DNA of 32,000 nt from Candidatus Iainarchaeum sp. (GCA_037441475.1 JBBISB010000001.1:336418-368417); one strand, 5' to 3'. Counted from the first letter of the stretch, positions 1 to 9,645 are shown. The notes: generated by a model not told the origin, from the sequence alone. A program made the numbers and translations.

Positions 1-240
1 CCTGTTTTATATGTATTAAATCTACATATATAGTGTAACAAAACATTTAAAAAGGGGTTTTTAAAAGAATATAAAGAAAAGTTGTTTTATACAAAACATC
101 CTTTTAAGAATCTATTTTAAAACATATCTGTTCTATTAATATATATAATTTAACACTATAGATTTTGGTATTTATTAGTATAGACACTAATTTTAGTTAT
201 TTCAAAATCTTTATATAAAATATAAAAAAGGTAATTAAAT

Positions 241-573
241 ATGTCAGGTAAAAAAGCAAAAGGAAAAAGAGCAAAAACAAGAAGTTTAATGAGAAGAAAC
301 GTTAGAGCAAAGACAACAGTTAATGAAATATTAAAACCAGTTGCTGTTGGAGATACTGTTCAAGTAAATATTAATAGTTCAAAACACGGTGGACTTCCTC
401 ATAAAAGAATGCAAGGTAAGACTGGAACTGTTGTAAGATTCCAAGGAAAAGCACCTGTTTTAGAAGTTTATGACGGAAACTTAAAGAAAACAGTTATTAC
501 AGAAAGAGTTCATTTAAAACCAATTAAGAACATACCTAAAACAAAAATACCTGTTAAAAAGGTGAAAAAATGA
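241..573 (+). CDS. rpl21e: 50S ribosomal protein L21e
   Basis: 110-aa basic ORF. 'VGDTVQVNINSSKHGGLPHKRMQGKTGTVV' fits the L21e core pattern (H.G.PH.R..G.TG.V). It is the first gene of the archaeal L21e-Rpo4-DUF655-KsgA string. Its stop overlaps the next start (ATGA at 570-573). Confidence 0.85.
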   Translation: MSGKKAKGKRAKTRSLMRRNVRAKTTVNEILKPVAVGDTVQVNINSSKHGGLPHKRMQGKTGTVVRFQGKAPVLEVYDGNLKKTVITERVHLKPIKNIPKTKIPVKKVKK

Positions 574-893
574 ATTATAAGTATGTTGAAGATGTAACTT
601 TAAATGAAGTTAAAAAAACTTTAACTGAAAGAGCAAAAGAAAAAGAACTTAACTTTGAACAAAAGCATGCTTTAGAACATGCAAAATTGTTTGCAAGCCT
701 TACACCTGCAACTGCAGAGAAACTTAAAAAAAGTTTAATGGACATTGATATTTCAGATGAACTTGCAACTAAGATAGTTGATATTGTTCCTAATGCTCTT
801 GAATTAAATTTAATTTTAGAGAAAGAAAAAGATGTTGATGAAGAAAAGAAACAAGAAATCTTAGACATCTTAAAAAAGTATAATAAAGAGTGA
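570..893 (+). CDS. rpoF: DNA-directed RNA polymerase subunit Rpo4/F (probable)
   Basis: 107-aa acidic, helical ORF in the position Rpo4/RpoF occupies between L21e and DUF655 in archaeal genomes, translationally coupled to rpl21e. The call rests mainly on synteny and general sequence character. Confidence 0.6.
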   Translation: MNYKYVEDVTLNEVKKTLTERAKEKELNFEQKHALEHAKLFASLTPATAEKLKKSLMDIDISDELATKIVDIVPNALELNLILEKEKDVDEEKKQEILDILKKYNKE

Positions 894-903
894 TATTTTT
901 AAT

Positions 904-1428
904 ATGATAAAAAAAGAAGCAATAGTTTTAGACAAACTTAAAAAAGATATTAAGTTTAAGCAAACAGAGGTAATCCACTGTATCGGTATCTCTAACTTCT
1001 CTTTACTTGAGATTGTCACAGACATGCCTTCTAAACATCAAGATAAAATATCAACAGATGATTTAATGGTAAGAAGAATAACTTACAATAGATTATCAAA
1101 CGAAGGAAAAAAAGAACTTGAAAAAGCAGTTGAAACAATTGTTCTTGAAAATCCTTCAAAATTTATTAATTTTTTTAATACAGCAAAACCTATTGGACTT
1201 AGAAGACATCAGTTAGATCTTTTGCCAATGATAGGTGTAAAGCATAGAATGGCAATCATCGAACATTTAAAGAAAAAAGGTAAGTTTACTTCTTTTGAAG
1301 ATATTAGAAACATAGAAATGATGCCTGATCCAGTTAAAGTAGTTGTAAATAGAGTTGTTGATGAGATTATGGGTGGACCAGAAATTAAGTTTAACTTATT
1401 TACAATGCCTTTTTTAATAAAAAAATAA
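904..1428 (+). CDS. DUF655-family predicted RNA-binding protein (helix-hairpin-helix C-terminus)
   Basis: 'RRHQLDLLPMIGVKHRMAIIEHLKKKGKFTSFEDIRNIEMMPDPVKVVVNRVVDEI' matches the DUF655 pattern (H.LELLPGIGKK....I...R....F.SFEDI). The position upstream of ksgA is conserved. Confidence 0.7.
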   Translation: MIKKEAIVLDKLKKDIKFKQTEVIHCIGISNFSLLEIVTDMPSKHQDKISTDDLMVRRITYNRLSNEGKKELEKAVETIVLENPSKFINFFNTAKPIGLRRHQLDLLPMIGVKHRMAIIEHLKKKGKFTSFEDIRNIEMMPDPVKVVVNRVVDEIMGGPEIKFNLFTMPFLIKK

Positions 1429-1444
1429 AGAGTAGACTTTATTT

Positions 1445-2242
1445 ATGCAAAAAGAAATATACAGACTAATGCTTATTTATGGATTTAAACCAAATCACAA
1501 GTATGATCAAAACTTTATTATTGATAAAAACATAATAAATAAAGTGATTGAAACCATAAAACCAGATAAAAAAGAAACTGTTTTAGAGATAGGTCCTGGT
1601 TTAGGGTTTGTTACAAAAGAACTTGTTAATAACTTTAAAAAAGTAATTGTAATTGAAAAAGATCCAATAATGGTTGATATCTTAAGAAAAGAAATTACTA
1701 AAAATAATCTTGAAATTATTAATGATGATTTTTTAAATGTAGATTTAAGTAAACTTAAGTTTGATAAGATTGTAGGGTTTATCCCTTACTCAATATCCTT
1801 AAAGATTATAGAAAAAATAATTGCAACAAAACCAGCATGCTTAGTTGTTCAAAAAGAATTTGCAGAAAAACTCGCAGCTTTTGAAGGTTTTGCAAATTTT
1901 GTATCAATTACTGTTCTTGCACAAACCTATTCTGATATTAAGCTTATTAAAAATATTAAAAAAGGCTCTTTCTTTCCAAAACCAAAAGTTGAATCAGCTA
2001 TAGTATCTATAATTCCTAAAAAGAACAAAGAGATTGATGAATCCTTCAATCAATTTATAAGAAATATTTTTAGATATCCAAATAAAGATGTTACAAATAG
2101 CTTCAAGCATTCAAGTATTGAAAATAAAAATATTATTGATATTTCAAAAATTAAAAATATTTCTGAAAAATTAAGCAGCACTAAGGTAAAACAATTGTCT
2201 GTTTCTGAGCTTGAAAAGATTTACAAAATAATTAAAAAATAA
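1445..2242 (+). CDS. ksgA: 16S rRNA (adenine-N6,N6)-dimethyltransferase KsgA/Dim1
   Basis: 'QNFIIDKNIINKVIE', SAM motif I 'VLEIGPGLGFVTKEL', 'VIVIEKDPIMV' and the 'GFIPYSIS' (N/I-P-Y) catalytic motif. 265 aa is typical for the family. Confidence 0.85.
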   Translation: MQKEIYRLMLIYGFKPNHKYDQNFIIDKNIINKVIETIKPDKKETVLEIGPGLGFVTKELVNNFKKVIVIEKDPIMVDILRKEITKNNLEIINDDFLNVDLSKLKFDKIVGFIPYSISLKIIEKIIATKPACLVVQKEFAEKLAAFEGFANFVSITVLAQTYSDIKLIKNIKKGSFFPKPKVESAIVSIIPKKNKEIDESFNQFIRNIFRYPNKDVTNSFKHSSIENKNIIDISKIKNISEKLSSTKVKQLSVSELEKIYKIIKK

Positions 2243-2397
2243 ATTTAATTATAAGCAACATAAATTGGAAAAATAAATTTCATCGTATATCCTTTTTTAT
2301 TAAGATAAATGAATTTATTTTTAGGACAATTCATTATTAAATCATTAATTTTTTTAATTTCTTTAAAGTTAATAGCATATCTATTAATATGTTCTCT

Positions 2398-3045
2398 TTA
2401 TGTAACAACTAATATTTTAGAACTAGCTATAAGGTTAAGGTCATTAAATTTTGATAAGAAATATAACTTAAAGACATCTTCTCTTGATTGAAAATGCCTT
2501 TTCCCAATTTTCGTATTAGAAGAATAGATGTTATTTGCCAAGTCTCTTAATTTATTAGTAGGCATTGCAGCAACACAGTTAATAAATAAACCTTTTTTAC
2601 AAAGGTGTAAGCGAATATTTTTTAACGCCTTAACTTGTAATTTTTCAGAAGGCAAATAATCAAGGCAACTTCTCATTATTATTAAATCAAACTTTTGATT
2701 TAACTTAAAGGTTAACATATCCCCTAGAATTTTTTTAGTTTTTTTATTTTTATTTAAATCTAAATGTTTTTTAGAAATATCTAAAAGAGTTAAACTTGAT
2801 TTAATGTTGTTTTTAGATAAAAAAGAAACTAATCTCTCACCTAAAAGTCCATTTGCAGATCCTACATACAATATATTTAAATTATTTTTATTTAATTTTT
2901 TAATATATTTAAAAGACTTATTAATAAAAATATCAAGATTGTCTTCATCAGAAAAATAAGAATTATATGTTAGATTCCATTTTTTCCCTAAAACATTTTT
3001 ATCTCTCTTAATATTTTCTTTAGATATATCTGTTATTTTAGGCAT
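2398..3045 (-). CDS. class I SAM-dependent methyltransferase (probable)
   Basis: Glycine-rich motif I-like 'ILYVGSANGLLGERL', then 'LLDIS' and 'FDLIIMRSCLDYL' at the spacing expected for a Rossmann-fold methyltransferase. Motif-level evidence only. Confidence 0.4.
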   Translation of the reverse strand: MPKITDISKENIKRDKNVLGKKWNLTYNSYFSDEDNLDIFINKSFKYIKKLNKNNLNILYVGSANGLLGERLVSFLSKNNIKSSLTLLDISKKHLDLNKNKKTKKILGDMLTFKLNQKFDLIIMRSCLDYLPSEKLQVKALKNIRLHLCKKGLFINCVAAMPTNKLRDLANNIYSSNTKIGKRHFQSREDVFKLYFLSKFNDLNLIASSKILVVT

Positions 3046-3052
3046 GAAAAAA

Positions 3053-3430
3053 TCACTTTATATTTAAAGGAACTTCACGAATGACTATCCCTTTCCGTTT
3101 TAAAAAGGAGAACATATAACCAGCAGAAAACCTATTAAAATGTAATCGGTCTGCCATACTTATTTCATCAATAACATACTCAAAAGGAGTTTCTTTAATC
3201 CAATTAATAGTTTTATCAGTAAATTTTATGAATACTCTTCTATGTTCCTCTGCATTTTTATTTATTAAGGAAATTTCAAAATTTTTAATATTAAAATTTT
3301 TATTTAATTTAGAAAATGCAATTAGATCACTTGGATTAATCAGAAATATTTGAGAATTACTACTGTTAGGATGAGTATGAATCATAGTCGCTTTTGAAAG
3401 ATCATATTTAGAAGATATTTTTGTTAACAA
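3053..3430 (-). CDS. hypothetical protein with a JAMM/MPN-like 'HTHP...PSD' motif; possibly the C-terminal part of a split gene
   Basis: 'MIHTHPNSSNSQIFLINPSDLIAF' resembles the JAMM H.H...S..D metal site, but with an atypically long spacer. The open frame extends upstream to 3475 and meets the stop of ORF 3476-3658 in the same frame. Confidence 0.3.
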   Translation of the reverse strand: MLTKISSKYDLSKATMIHTHPNSSNSQIFLINPSDLIAFSKLNKNFNIKNFEISLINKNAEEHRRVFIKFTDKTINWIKETPFEYVIDEISMADRLHFNRFSAGYMFSFLKRKGIVIREVPLNIK

Positions 3431-3475
3431 TTCAAAATCTAATAAAACAGACTTCTTTTTTCTCGCACCCGAAAT

Positions 3476-3658
3476 TTATATTAATTCTTTTCCAATCTTT
3501 ATAAAAGCAATTTCTTTATCAAGTCTTTCATGAGAATATAGTTTTTTAGAAAAAGACCCTTCAGGTAATCTTGAATGGATAAATTTTCTTTTCTCTTCCA
3601 AGATATTTATTTTATTTAAATTACTTTTTTTAAAATAATTAACTATCTTTTTAAACAT
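3476..3658 (-). CDS. hypothetical small protein; possibly the N-terminal part of the split JAMM-like gene
   Basis: 60-aa ORF ending in TAA at 3476-3478, directly in frame with the downstream ORF. 'ERLDKEIAFIKIGKE' could supply the upstream Glu of a JAMM fold. Weak evidence. Confidence 0.3.
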   Translation of the reverse strand: MFKKIVNYFKKSNLNKINILEEKRKFIHSRLPEGSFSKKLYSHERLDKEIAFIKIGKELI

Positions 3659-3699
3659 ATTTTTATTTCCTAATTTTAAAAAAATAAAAGAAAAAGAGT

Positions 3700-5205
3700 T
3701 TATTCAAACTCTTCTAAAACCATTTTATCAAAGACTATAGGATTATTATCTTTTAAATACTCTATAGCTCTTGAGATCTTTTCTTCTGTGTTTGCATGAA
3801 GCTCAAAGATAACATCATTCTTTAAAACAGAGTCTCCAACTTCGCAAACTAAAACAACACCTGCCTCAATATCTTTAGGACATCCTAAAAGTTTTGCAAG
3901 TTTTGTTATTTTAGAAACATCAAAGTTATTTATATCTCCTGCTTCTTGAGAATATATCTTTTGAACAAACTTAGCTTTAGGAACATCAACTGATCTTAAG
4001 ATACTTCCTCCTTGAACCTTTATTATCTCTTGGAATTTTTCTAAAGCCTTACCAGAAGTTACAATCTCTTTTGAAAGAAGATATCCTTCTCCTTGTTTGC
4101 AGTGACCTACAAGCTCTAAAAGTTCACCTGCTAAAAGACATGCTTTTTCTAAAACAGCGTCTTGATATTTACCTTCAAGAAGTTCTAAAACATTTTTAGC
4201 TTCAAGAGCAGGACCAAAGAAAGCTCCACATGGCTTATCTCCATCAGTTAAAAGAACTTTAGTTTTAATTCCTAAATATTCACTAATGGTTATAAACTTT
4301 TTAGCAAGCCTCTCTCCATCCTCTTTATTTTTAATTTTAACATCTCTACCAACAGGGATATCTAAAACAAGATGAGTTGAGCCTATACTTTTCTTTTTTG
4401 AAAGAATAGATGCAATCATTATTCCTTCAGGGTTAATGCCTAAAGCATGCTCTATATCTATTAGTGTATTATCAACAGGACAAAGATCAAACTTTCCTTC
4501 CCAAGCTACAACTCCACCAGCTTTGTTAATTATTTCTTTAATTTCATCAACATCAAAACTTACAGGGGCTAAAACCTCCATGGCATCAGCTGTTCCTGCA
4601 GCAGAAGTTATTGATCTTGATGCTGTTTTTGGTATTTTATACCCTAAAGAAGCAATTATAGGGGTTAAAAGCATTGAAACTCTTCCGTTAATACCGCCTA
4701 TAGAATGTTTATCTAGTATTATTTTTTCTCCAAAATCTATTCTATCTCCAATATTGACTAAAGCATTACATAAATGTTTAGTTTCCTCTAAGTTTAAGCC
4801 ATTTATAAAAACTGCAGTTACAAAAGCAGAAAGTTCAACTTCTGATAAAGAGTTTCTATCAATTTCTTTTACAATCTCTATTATTTCTTCTTCAGATAAA
4901 GTTTTGTTTTTTACTTTATCCATAATGTACTTGATTGCGGGAGGAGGCGTTAAAAGATTAATTACAACTTCATCTCCATTTTTAAGTTCAAAATCACTTG
5001 CAGTATCTTTATAAACTCCAATTTCTTTTTCAGTAACATATGATTTTGAAGTGTCCATTACAAAGGTAGAATGAAGAACATCTTTTCTAACCTCGATTCT
5101 GTCTAAGTTCTGTGCACCTAGGTTAACTGCAGTGTCTGGATGTAAGATTGCTATTGGATAATTTGCATAAACATCTAAAATCTTTACTTTTAATGTTAAT
5201 TTCAT
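3700..5205 (-). CDS. deoA: AMP phosphorylase (archaeal thymidine-phosphorylase family)
   Basis: 501 aa. It has the ~85-aa N-terminal extension ('KVKILDVYANYPIAILHPDTA...IEV') that distinguishes archaeal AMP phosphorylases. The core motifs are 'DKHSIGGINGRVSMLLTPI', 'TSRSITSAAGTADAME' and 'INPEGIMIASILSKK'. Confidence 0.8.
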   Translation of the reverse strand: MKLTLKVKILDVYANYPIAILHPDTAVNLGAQNLDRIEVRKDVLHSTFVMDTSKSYVTEKEIGVYKDTASDFELKNGDEVVINLLTPPPAIKYIMDKVKNKTLSEEEIIEIVKEIDRNSLSEVELSAFVTAVFINGLNLEETKHLCNALVNIGDRIDFGEKIILDKHSIGGINGRVSMLLTPIIASLGYKIPKTASRSITSAAGTADAMEVLAPVSFDVDEIKEIINKAGGVVAWEGKFDLCPVDNTLIDIEHALGINPEGIMIASILSKKKSIGSTHLVLDIPVGRDVKIKNKEDGERLAKKFITISEYLGIKTKVLLTDGDKPCGAFFGPALEAKNVLELLEGKYQDAVLEKACLLAGELLELVGHCKQGEGYLLSKEIVTSGKALEKFQEIIKVQGGSILRSVDVPKAKFVQKIYSQEAGDINNFDVSKITKLAKLLGCPKDIEAGVVLVCEVGDSVLKNDVIFELHANTEEKISRAIEYLKDNNPIVFDKMVLEEFE

Positions 5206-5240
5206 TTTTGAAAAACTCCTTTTTAATTTTTAAAAATAAT

Positions 5241-5558
5241 TTATAATTCAGTGACTATCTGCTTTATGATGTCTTTTGAAATTACACCGACTTGCTTTTT
5301 AACAACCACTCCATTCTTAATGAAAAGAATTGTTGGAATTGACATCACACCATATTCTTGAGAAACTTTAGGAGAATCATCAACATTAACTTTCACACAA
5401 AAAACATCTTTATTCTCTTTTGCAAAATTATCAAAGATTGATGCAAACATTTGACAAGGCCCACACCAAGCTGCCCAAAAATCAACAACTACAATTTGTT
5501 TACCAGTAATTGTTTCCTTAAAATTAGTATCATTTAATTCTGTTATATGTTCTGACAT
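5241..5558 (-). CDS. trxA: thioredoxin
   Basis: 105 aa with 'VVDFWAAWCGPCQ' (WCGPC active site) and 'SIPTILFIKNG' (cis-Pro loop). Confidence 0.85.
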   Translation of the reverse strand: MSEHITELNDTNFKETITGKQIVVVDFWAAWCGPCQMFASIFDNFAKENKDVFCVKVNVDDSPKVSQEYGVMSIPTILFIKNGVVVKKQVGVISKDIIKQIVTEL

Positions 5559-5641
5559 AAATATATCACTCCTTATATTTCATCTATATAAAATATATTA
5601 TAGAATAGGTTTAAAAGAATATACTTCTAAACATATTATTT

Positions 5642-6034
5642 ATGACTAAAAGAAAGAATTTTACCAATAAAGAAATAAAAATAACAGGACAGATACTTAG
5701 AAGAGTAGAGTCTAAAAGACCAGATCAAATATATGGTCGCGAACTTGCAATAGCAGACATAAATCTTTTTACTCAAGCAATTAAAAGAAATCCAGGTTTA
5801 GATAAAAAAATATTAAGTGCAATTGAAGAAAATAAATTTGATTTATCTAAATTTATAAGCTCACTTAAAACTAAAAAAATAAATTTAGAAAAAAGTAAAA
5901 GAAAAATAATTATTTTTAACAAACAAGAAATAAAAAAAATAGCCACCACCTTTAAAAAAAGGGTTTTAAAAACTATGAAATTATCTATTGTATACAAGCT
6001 TTTTCACAAAAATATAAAAGACCAGAAGTTATAA
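5642..6034 (+). CDS. hypothetical lysine-rich protein
   Basis: 130-aa ORF with no recognisable motif. Coding status is inferred from length and its tight junction with the next ORF. Confidence 0.35.
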   Translation: MTKRKNFTNKEIKITGQILRRVESKRPDQIYGRELAIADINLFTQAIKRNPGLDKKILSAIEENKFDLSKFISSLKTKKINLEKSKRKIIIFNKQEIKKIATTFKKRVLKTMKLSIVYKLFHKNIKDQKL

Positions 6035-6036
6035 GT

Positions 6037-6246
6037 ATGTTAAATAACATTTCAAAAATAATTGATATTATTCCTGAACAAAACAAACCTGATTTTATAG
6101 ATAGAATTATCCTTGAATCTAAACAAATAGAAAAAAATAAAGATAAAAAACCTTTTAATCTTATTTTTGAGAAAATAATACAAGAAGAAAAAAAATCAAG
6201 AAGAGTAATTGCAGTTATTAAAAAATTATTAAGGAAACATCTATAA
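6037..6246 (+). CDS. hypothetical small basic protein
   Basis: 69-aa ORF starting 3 nt after the previous stop. No recognisable motif. Confidence 0.3.
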   Translation: MLNNISKIIDIIPEQNKPDFIDRIILESKQIEKNKDKKPFNLIFEKIIQEEKKSRRVIAVIKKLLRKHL

Positions 6247-7065
6247 AAAATAACTTAAAATATAAAGTAGTCCAAAAAGAAAACAAAAATATGAAAAATT
6301 AATATTCTTTGCAAACCTTATTAAAAGATCAATAGTTAAATAACCCACTATAAAAGAAACAACTATTGAGATTAAGATGTAATGGGAAAAGAAAATACCA
6401 TTAAAGAGTAAAAGAGCAATTTCCCCTATTAAGATGGTTGGTATTGAAAGTAAAAAACTTATTCTAAAGGCCTTCTCTGGGCTAAACCCTCTAAACAACA
6501 ATAGAGAGGTCGTAAGTCCACTTCTACTTAAACCAGGCAAGATTGAAAAACCTTGAAACAAACCTAGAAGGAAAGAATTTTTTATTGAAAGAGTAGAGTT
6601 GTGTGTAAAATACTTTTTTGAAAAGAAGATTAAAAAACCAGTTATTATTAGAAGAACACCTATTATTAAGTTTATTAAAAGGATATTTATGTTTGAAAGA
6701 TTACTTCTCATTAAAAAATAAATAGGCCCTGATACCATTAAAGTAACAATTACTGCGATGAATATAAACCTTAAAAGAAAAAAATCGTTTTCGTCTTCCT
6801 TTAAACTTAAAAGCTTGAAATTATGCTTAAATAAAAGAGAGAGGTTTTTAAAAGAAAGGATAGAGGTGATCTCTTTCCAGAAATAAACAGTTGCTGCAAG
6901 TAAAGTTCCTGTGTGAAGAAGGATAGAATAGTTTAAGCTTAGCTGAGAGGAGATGTTTAAAAAGTTTGATAAATAAATAACAAGACCACCTTGTGAGCTT
7001 ATAGGAAGCCATTCTAAGATGCCTTGGATAACACCTATTATAACATAACTTAGTATTTCATTCAT
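6241..7065 (-). CDS. uppP: undecaprenyl-diphosphatase (UppP/BacA family)
   Basis: 274-aa polytopic membrane protein with 'GILEWLPISSQGG' (E.LP.SS.GH-type motif) and 'GLSRSGLTTSLLLFRG' (PG.SRSG motif). Confidence 0.8.
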   Translation of the reverse strand: MNEILSYVIIGVIQGILEWLPISSQGGLVIYLSNFLNISSQLSLNYSILLHTGTLLAATVYFWKEITSILSFKNLSLLFKHNFKLLSLKEDENDFFLLRFIFIAVIVTLMVSGPIYFLMRSNLSNINILLINLIIGVLLIITGFLIFFSKKYFTHNSTLSIKNSFLLGLFQGFSILPGLSRSGLTTSLLLFRGFSPEKAFRISFLLSIPTILIGEIALLLFNGIFFSHYILISIVVSFIVGYLTIDLLIRFAKNINFSYFCFLFGLLYILSYFL

Positions 7066-7204
7066 GTTTAATCTTTTTTTCTATGTTATAATATATTATA
7101 AAATGGTTTATAAAAAGAAGGTATTTTAAAAGAAAGAAGAATATTTTATAAATAAATCTATTAAATAATATAAGTATACACAAACTATATAAAAAGAAAG
7201 AAAT

Positions 7205-7633
7205 ATGAATAAACTAGGGCATCTTTTATTTGCAACACTTATATTTACTTTTATATATGTATTTCTATCTAACATCATGGAGATAGAGATTGAAAAAGTA
7301 TTAATTGCTTTTTTTATATTTCTAATATACACCCTTCTTCCAGATATTGATAAGAACAACTCATGGATAAGAAAACAATTAGATAAAATAATACTTTTGC
7401 TTTTAGTAGTGTTTGTTGTAATAAGTATTGTTAATACAGATAAAACAGCCTTACTTATAGCAGCAGTTCTTTTAATTGCAGAAATAATATTAACAGTTAT
7501 TAAGCACAGAGGTTTTGTACACTCCTTTGCTTTTGGGCTTATGGCAGCAAGTCCATTACTTTTCCTTGATCCTGTTTATTTTGTGGCTGGTTTTTTAGGT
7601 GTGGTTGTGCATTTAATAGCTGATGGAATGTAA
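7205..7633 (+). CDS. membrane-bound metal-dependent hydrolase, YdjM/DUF457-like (probable)
   Basis: 142-aa multi-TM ORF with 'LLPDIDK', 'HRGFVHS' and a C-terminal 'HLIADG', the His/Asp pattern of the YdjM family. Confidence 0.55.
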   Translation: MNKLGHLLFATLIFTFIYVFLSNIMEIEIEKVLIAFFIFLIYTLLPDIDKNNSWIRKQLDKIILLLLVVFVVISIVNTDKTALLIAAVLLIAEIILTVIKHRGFVHSFAFGLMAASPLLFLDPVYFVAGFLGVVVHLIADGM

Positions 7634-7639
7634 GAATAT

Positions 7640-8500
7640 TTATTTTTTTATTTTTTCAAGAAGGTTATTTAAAAAAACTTTAATTTTGTTTTCTTTTTCA
7701 ACAACAACTTTTTCTTCAGGTAAAGAAGAGGTATTTTGGTCTAAGTAGTTTAAAGTTATTGGCTTAATCTTTTGTTTATCTTCTTTATAAAAAGAATAAC
7801 ACTCAATATCGTAAGAGCCTTCTTTAATCTCGTAGTTACCATCAATAAAGACTTCTAGTGAATATTCATTATTTCCCTTGTACTTTAAGTCAAGAAGTAA
7901 AGCCTCTTCTTTTGCATAGCAGTTTACACCGTAAGCTATAGAGGAAATATGGTTCTTAATAGTTATAGTGTCAGAATCATGTTTATTTAAAATAAACATC
8001 TTATCTCTTGATAAAGAATAACCACTAAACTCTGGAACCTTGTTTTTAGGAGCATCTGAAAACTCATACTCTGAGTTGTTTGAAACTAACTTTAAGAATA
8101 AATAATCAGTATCAACTAGGTTGTTTAAAGAATCATAGATTGAAACCTTTACCCTTAGGTTAATAGTTTGATCTTTAAAATCTAAACTTCTTATGTTAAG
8201 AGAGAAGGAAGAATTAATATTTGAAACAAATCTCTCCTCTTGTTTTGAAAGACTTAACTTTATTTCCTTTAAATCCTCTGAATAGACCTTTAATTCATAC
8301 TCAGCTCTGTAACTGTTTTGGAAAGTAGAAGAAATGTCTGAAGTTAAGGAAAAGTAAATCTCTTTTGAAATATTTTTTGAAATATAAAAAGTATTTTCAT
8401 ACCCATCTGAAATAGAGGTTAAGGATAAAGAGGAGGATGAAAAGATGTTTGGAATAATTAATAACATTAAAATTACTAAGATTAATGGCTTATATTTCAT
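7640..8500 (-). CDS. hypothetical secreted or surface protein
   Basis: 286 aa. The N-terminal hydrophobic segment 'KPLILVILMLLIIPNIFSSSS' looks like a signal or anchor. The remainder is Ser/Asn-rich and beta-like, with no known motif. Confidence 0.45.
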   Translation of the reverse strand: MKYKPLILVILMLLIIPNIFSSSSLSLTSISDGYENTFYISKNISKEIYFSLTSDISSTFQNSYRAEYELKVYSEDLKEIKLSLSKQEERFVSNINSSFSLNIRSLDFKDQTINLRVKVSIYDSLNNLVDTDYLFLKLVSNNSEYEFSDAPKNKVPEFSGYSLSRDKMFILNKHDSDTITIKNHISSIAYGVNCYAKEEALLLDLKYKGNNEYSLEVFIDGNYEIKEGSYDIECYSFYKEDKQKIKPITLNYLDQNTSSLPEEKVVVEKENKIKVFLNNLLEKIKK

Positions 8501-8627
8501 GACTAATCACTATATAATTATAGGTAGTTAATATATTTAAAGGTATTTATTTTTATTAAAAAGAAAGAGTATAATAACCTTTTTAGAAAATATTAATTTT
8601 ATAAACCTAAGCACACATATATAACTT

Positions 8628-9629
8628 ATGAAAAAAGAAATAGCGTTTGATGAAAATAAATATGTAGACCTGCAAACTACAGAGATTAAAAAAAGAATTA
8701 AAAACTTTGATAAAGTATATATTGAGTTTGGGGGTCATCTTTTAAGAGACCATCATGCAAAAAGAATATTGATTGATTATAAGAAAGACACTAAGGTTAA
8801 GATTTTAGAAAAAATTAAAAAAGATGTAGGTATCATCTATTGTGTTTATTCAAAACATCTAGAGAATGGAAAAGATTACAATAGCAATCATGAGTTTAGA
8901 GAACTTGTAAAAGACGAGATTACAAAGCTTTATAAAAAATTTAAAAAAATCGATGTTGTTATTACAAGGTATAAAGATGAAGAATCTGGAAAGGTGTTTG
9001 AAAAAGAGATGAAGAAGAAAAAAATAAAAGTATATTTCTCAAGACCTATAAAAGACTACCCAAATGACCTTAAAGAGATTTTAGGAGAAAGAGGTTTTCT
9101 AAAACAACCATATATAAAAACAGATAAAAAAATAAATGTAGTTATTGGAGCTGTTGCAAACTCAGGAAAAATGGGTGTTTGTTTAGCACAGATATTTTTA
9201 GATTCTAAGAATAATATTAATTCAGGATTTTTTAAATCAGAGACCTTCCCTGTACATGATCTTACTTTAAACCACCCTATAAACCTTGCATACGAAGCAG
9301 CAACTGCAGATATTGGGGATAAAAACATGATAGATCCTTTCCATAAAAAGGCATATGGAAAAATAGCTATTAACTATAATAGAGATATTGAAAACTTCAA
9401 GATTCTTAAAAAAATTATTAATCACATTGTTTCTAAAGAAAACAAAATGCATGATTATAGATCTCCAACAGACATGGGTATTAATACAGTTAAAAAAGCA
9501 ATTGTTAATGAGAAAAAAATAATTATGACCTCTAAAGAAGAGATTATAAAAAGGCATAAGAAATATATTGAAAGAAAAGAAAAAAAAGAAGTTATTGAAA
9601 GAATGGAAAAGATATTAAAGCAGATTTAG
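8628..9629 (+). CDS. DUF1846 (UPF0371) family protein, short form
   Basis: 'VYIEFGGHLLRDHHAKRIL', 'GKMGVCLAQIF', 'ETFPVHDLTLNHPINLAYEAATADIGDKNMIDPFHKKAYGKIAINYNRDIE' and 'YRSPTDMGIN' follow the UPF0371 consensus. At 333 aa it is shorter than the ~500 aa I recall for this family. Confidence 0.65.
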   Translation: MKKEIAFDENKYVDLQTTEIKKRIKNFDKVYIEFGGHLLRDHHAKRILIDYKKDTKVKILEKIKKDVGIIYCVYSKHLENGKDYNSNHEFRELVKDEITKLYKKFKKIDVVITRYKDEESGKVFEKEMKKKKIKVYFSRPIKDYPNDLKEILGERGFLKQPYIKTDKKINVVIGAVANSGKMGVCLAQIFLDSKNNINSGFFKSETFPVHDLTLNHPINLAYEAATADIGDKNMIDPFHKKAYGKIAINYNRDIENFKILKKIINHIVSKENKMHDYRSPTDMGINTVKKAIVNEKKIIMTSKEEIIKRHKKYIERKEKKEVIERMEKILKQI

Positions 9630-9645
9630 TTTTTTTTAAAAAAAA

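Noticed and set aside
575-868. Long antisense ORFs inside well-supported genes. These are 575-868, 4436-5014, 5773-5997, 9056-9328, 9267-9557, 10100-10483, 10643-10873, 11229-11477, 11811-12017, 11960-12178, 12447-12701, 13647-13841, 19219-19440, 19637-19849, 20689-21189, 22544-22750/28895-29101, 26911-27099 and 27755-27949.
   Set aside because: Each lies entirely within a gene on the opposite strand that has clear family motifs. Their translations are low-complexity (Ser/Phe/Leu/Lys-rich), as expected from reading AT-rich coding DNA in reverse.
2309-2491. ORFs 2309-2491, 7126-7359 and 26591-26824 as small membrane proteins.
   Set aside because: They overlap better-supported genes or promoter regions. 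Their hydrophobic, low-complexity translations are typical of AT-rich non-coding sequence.
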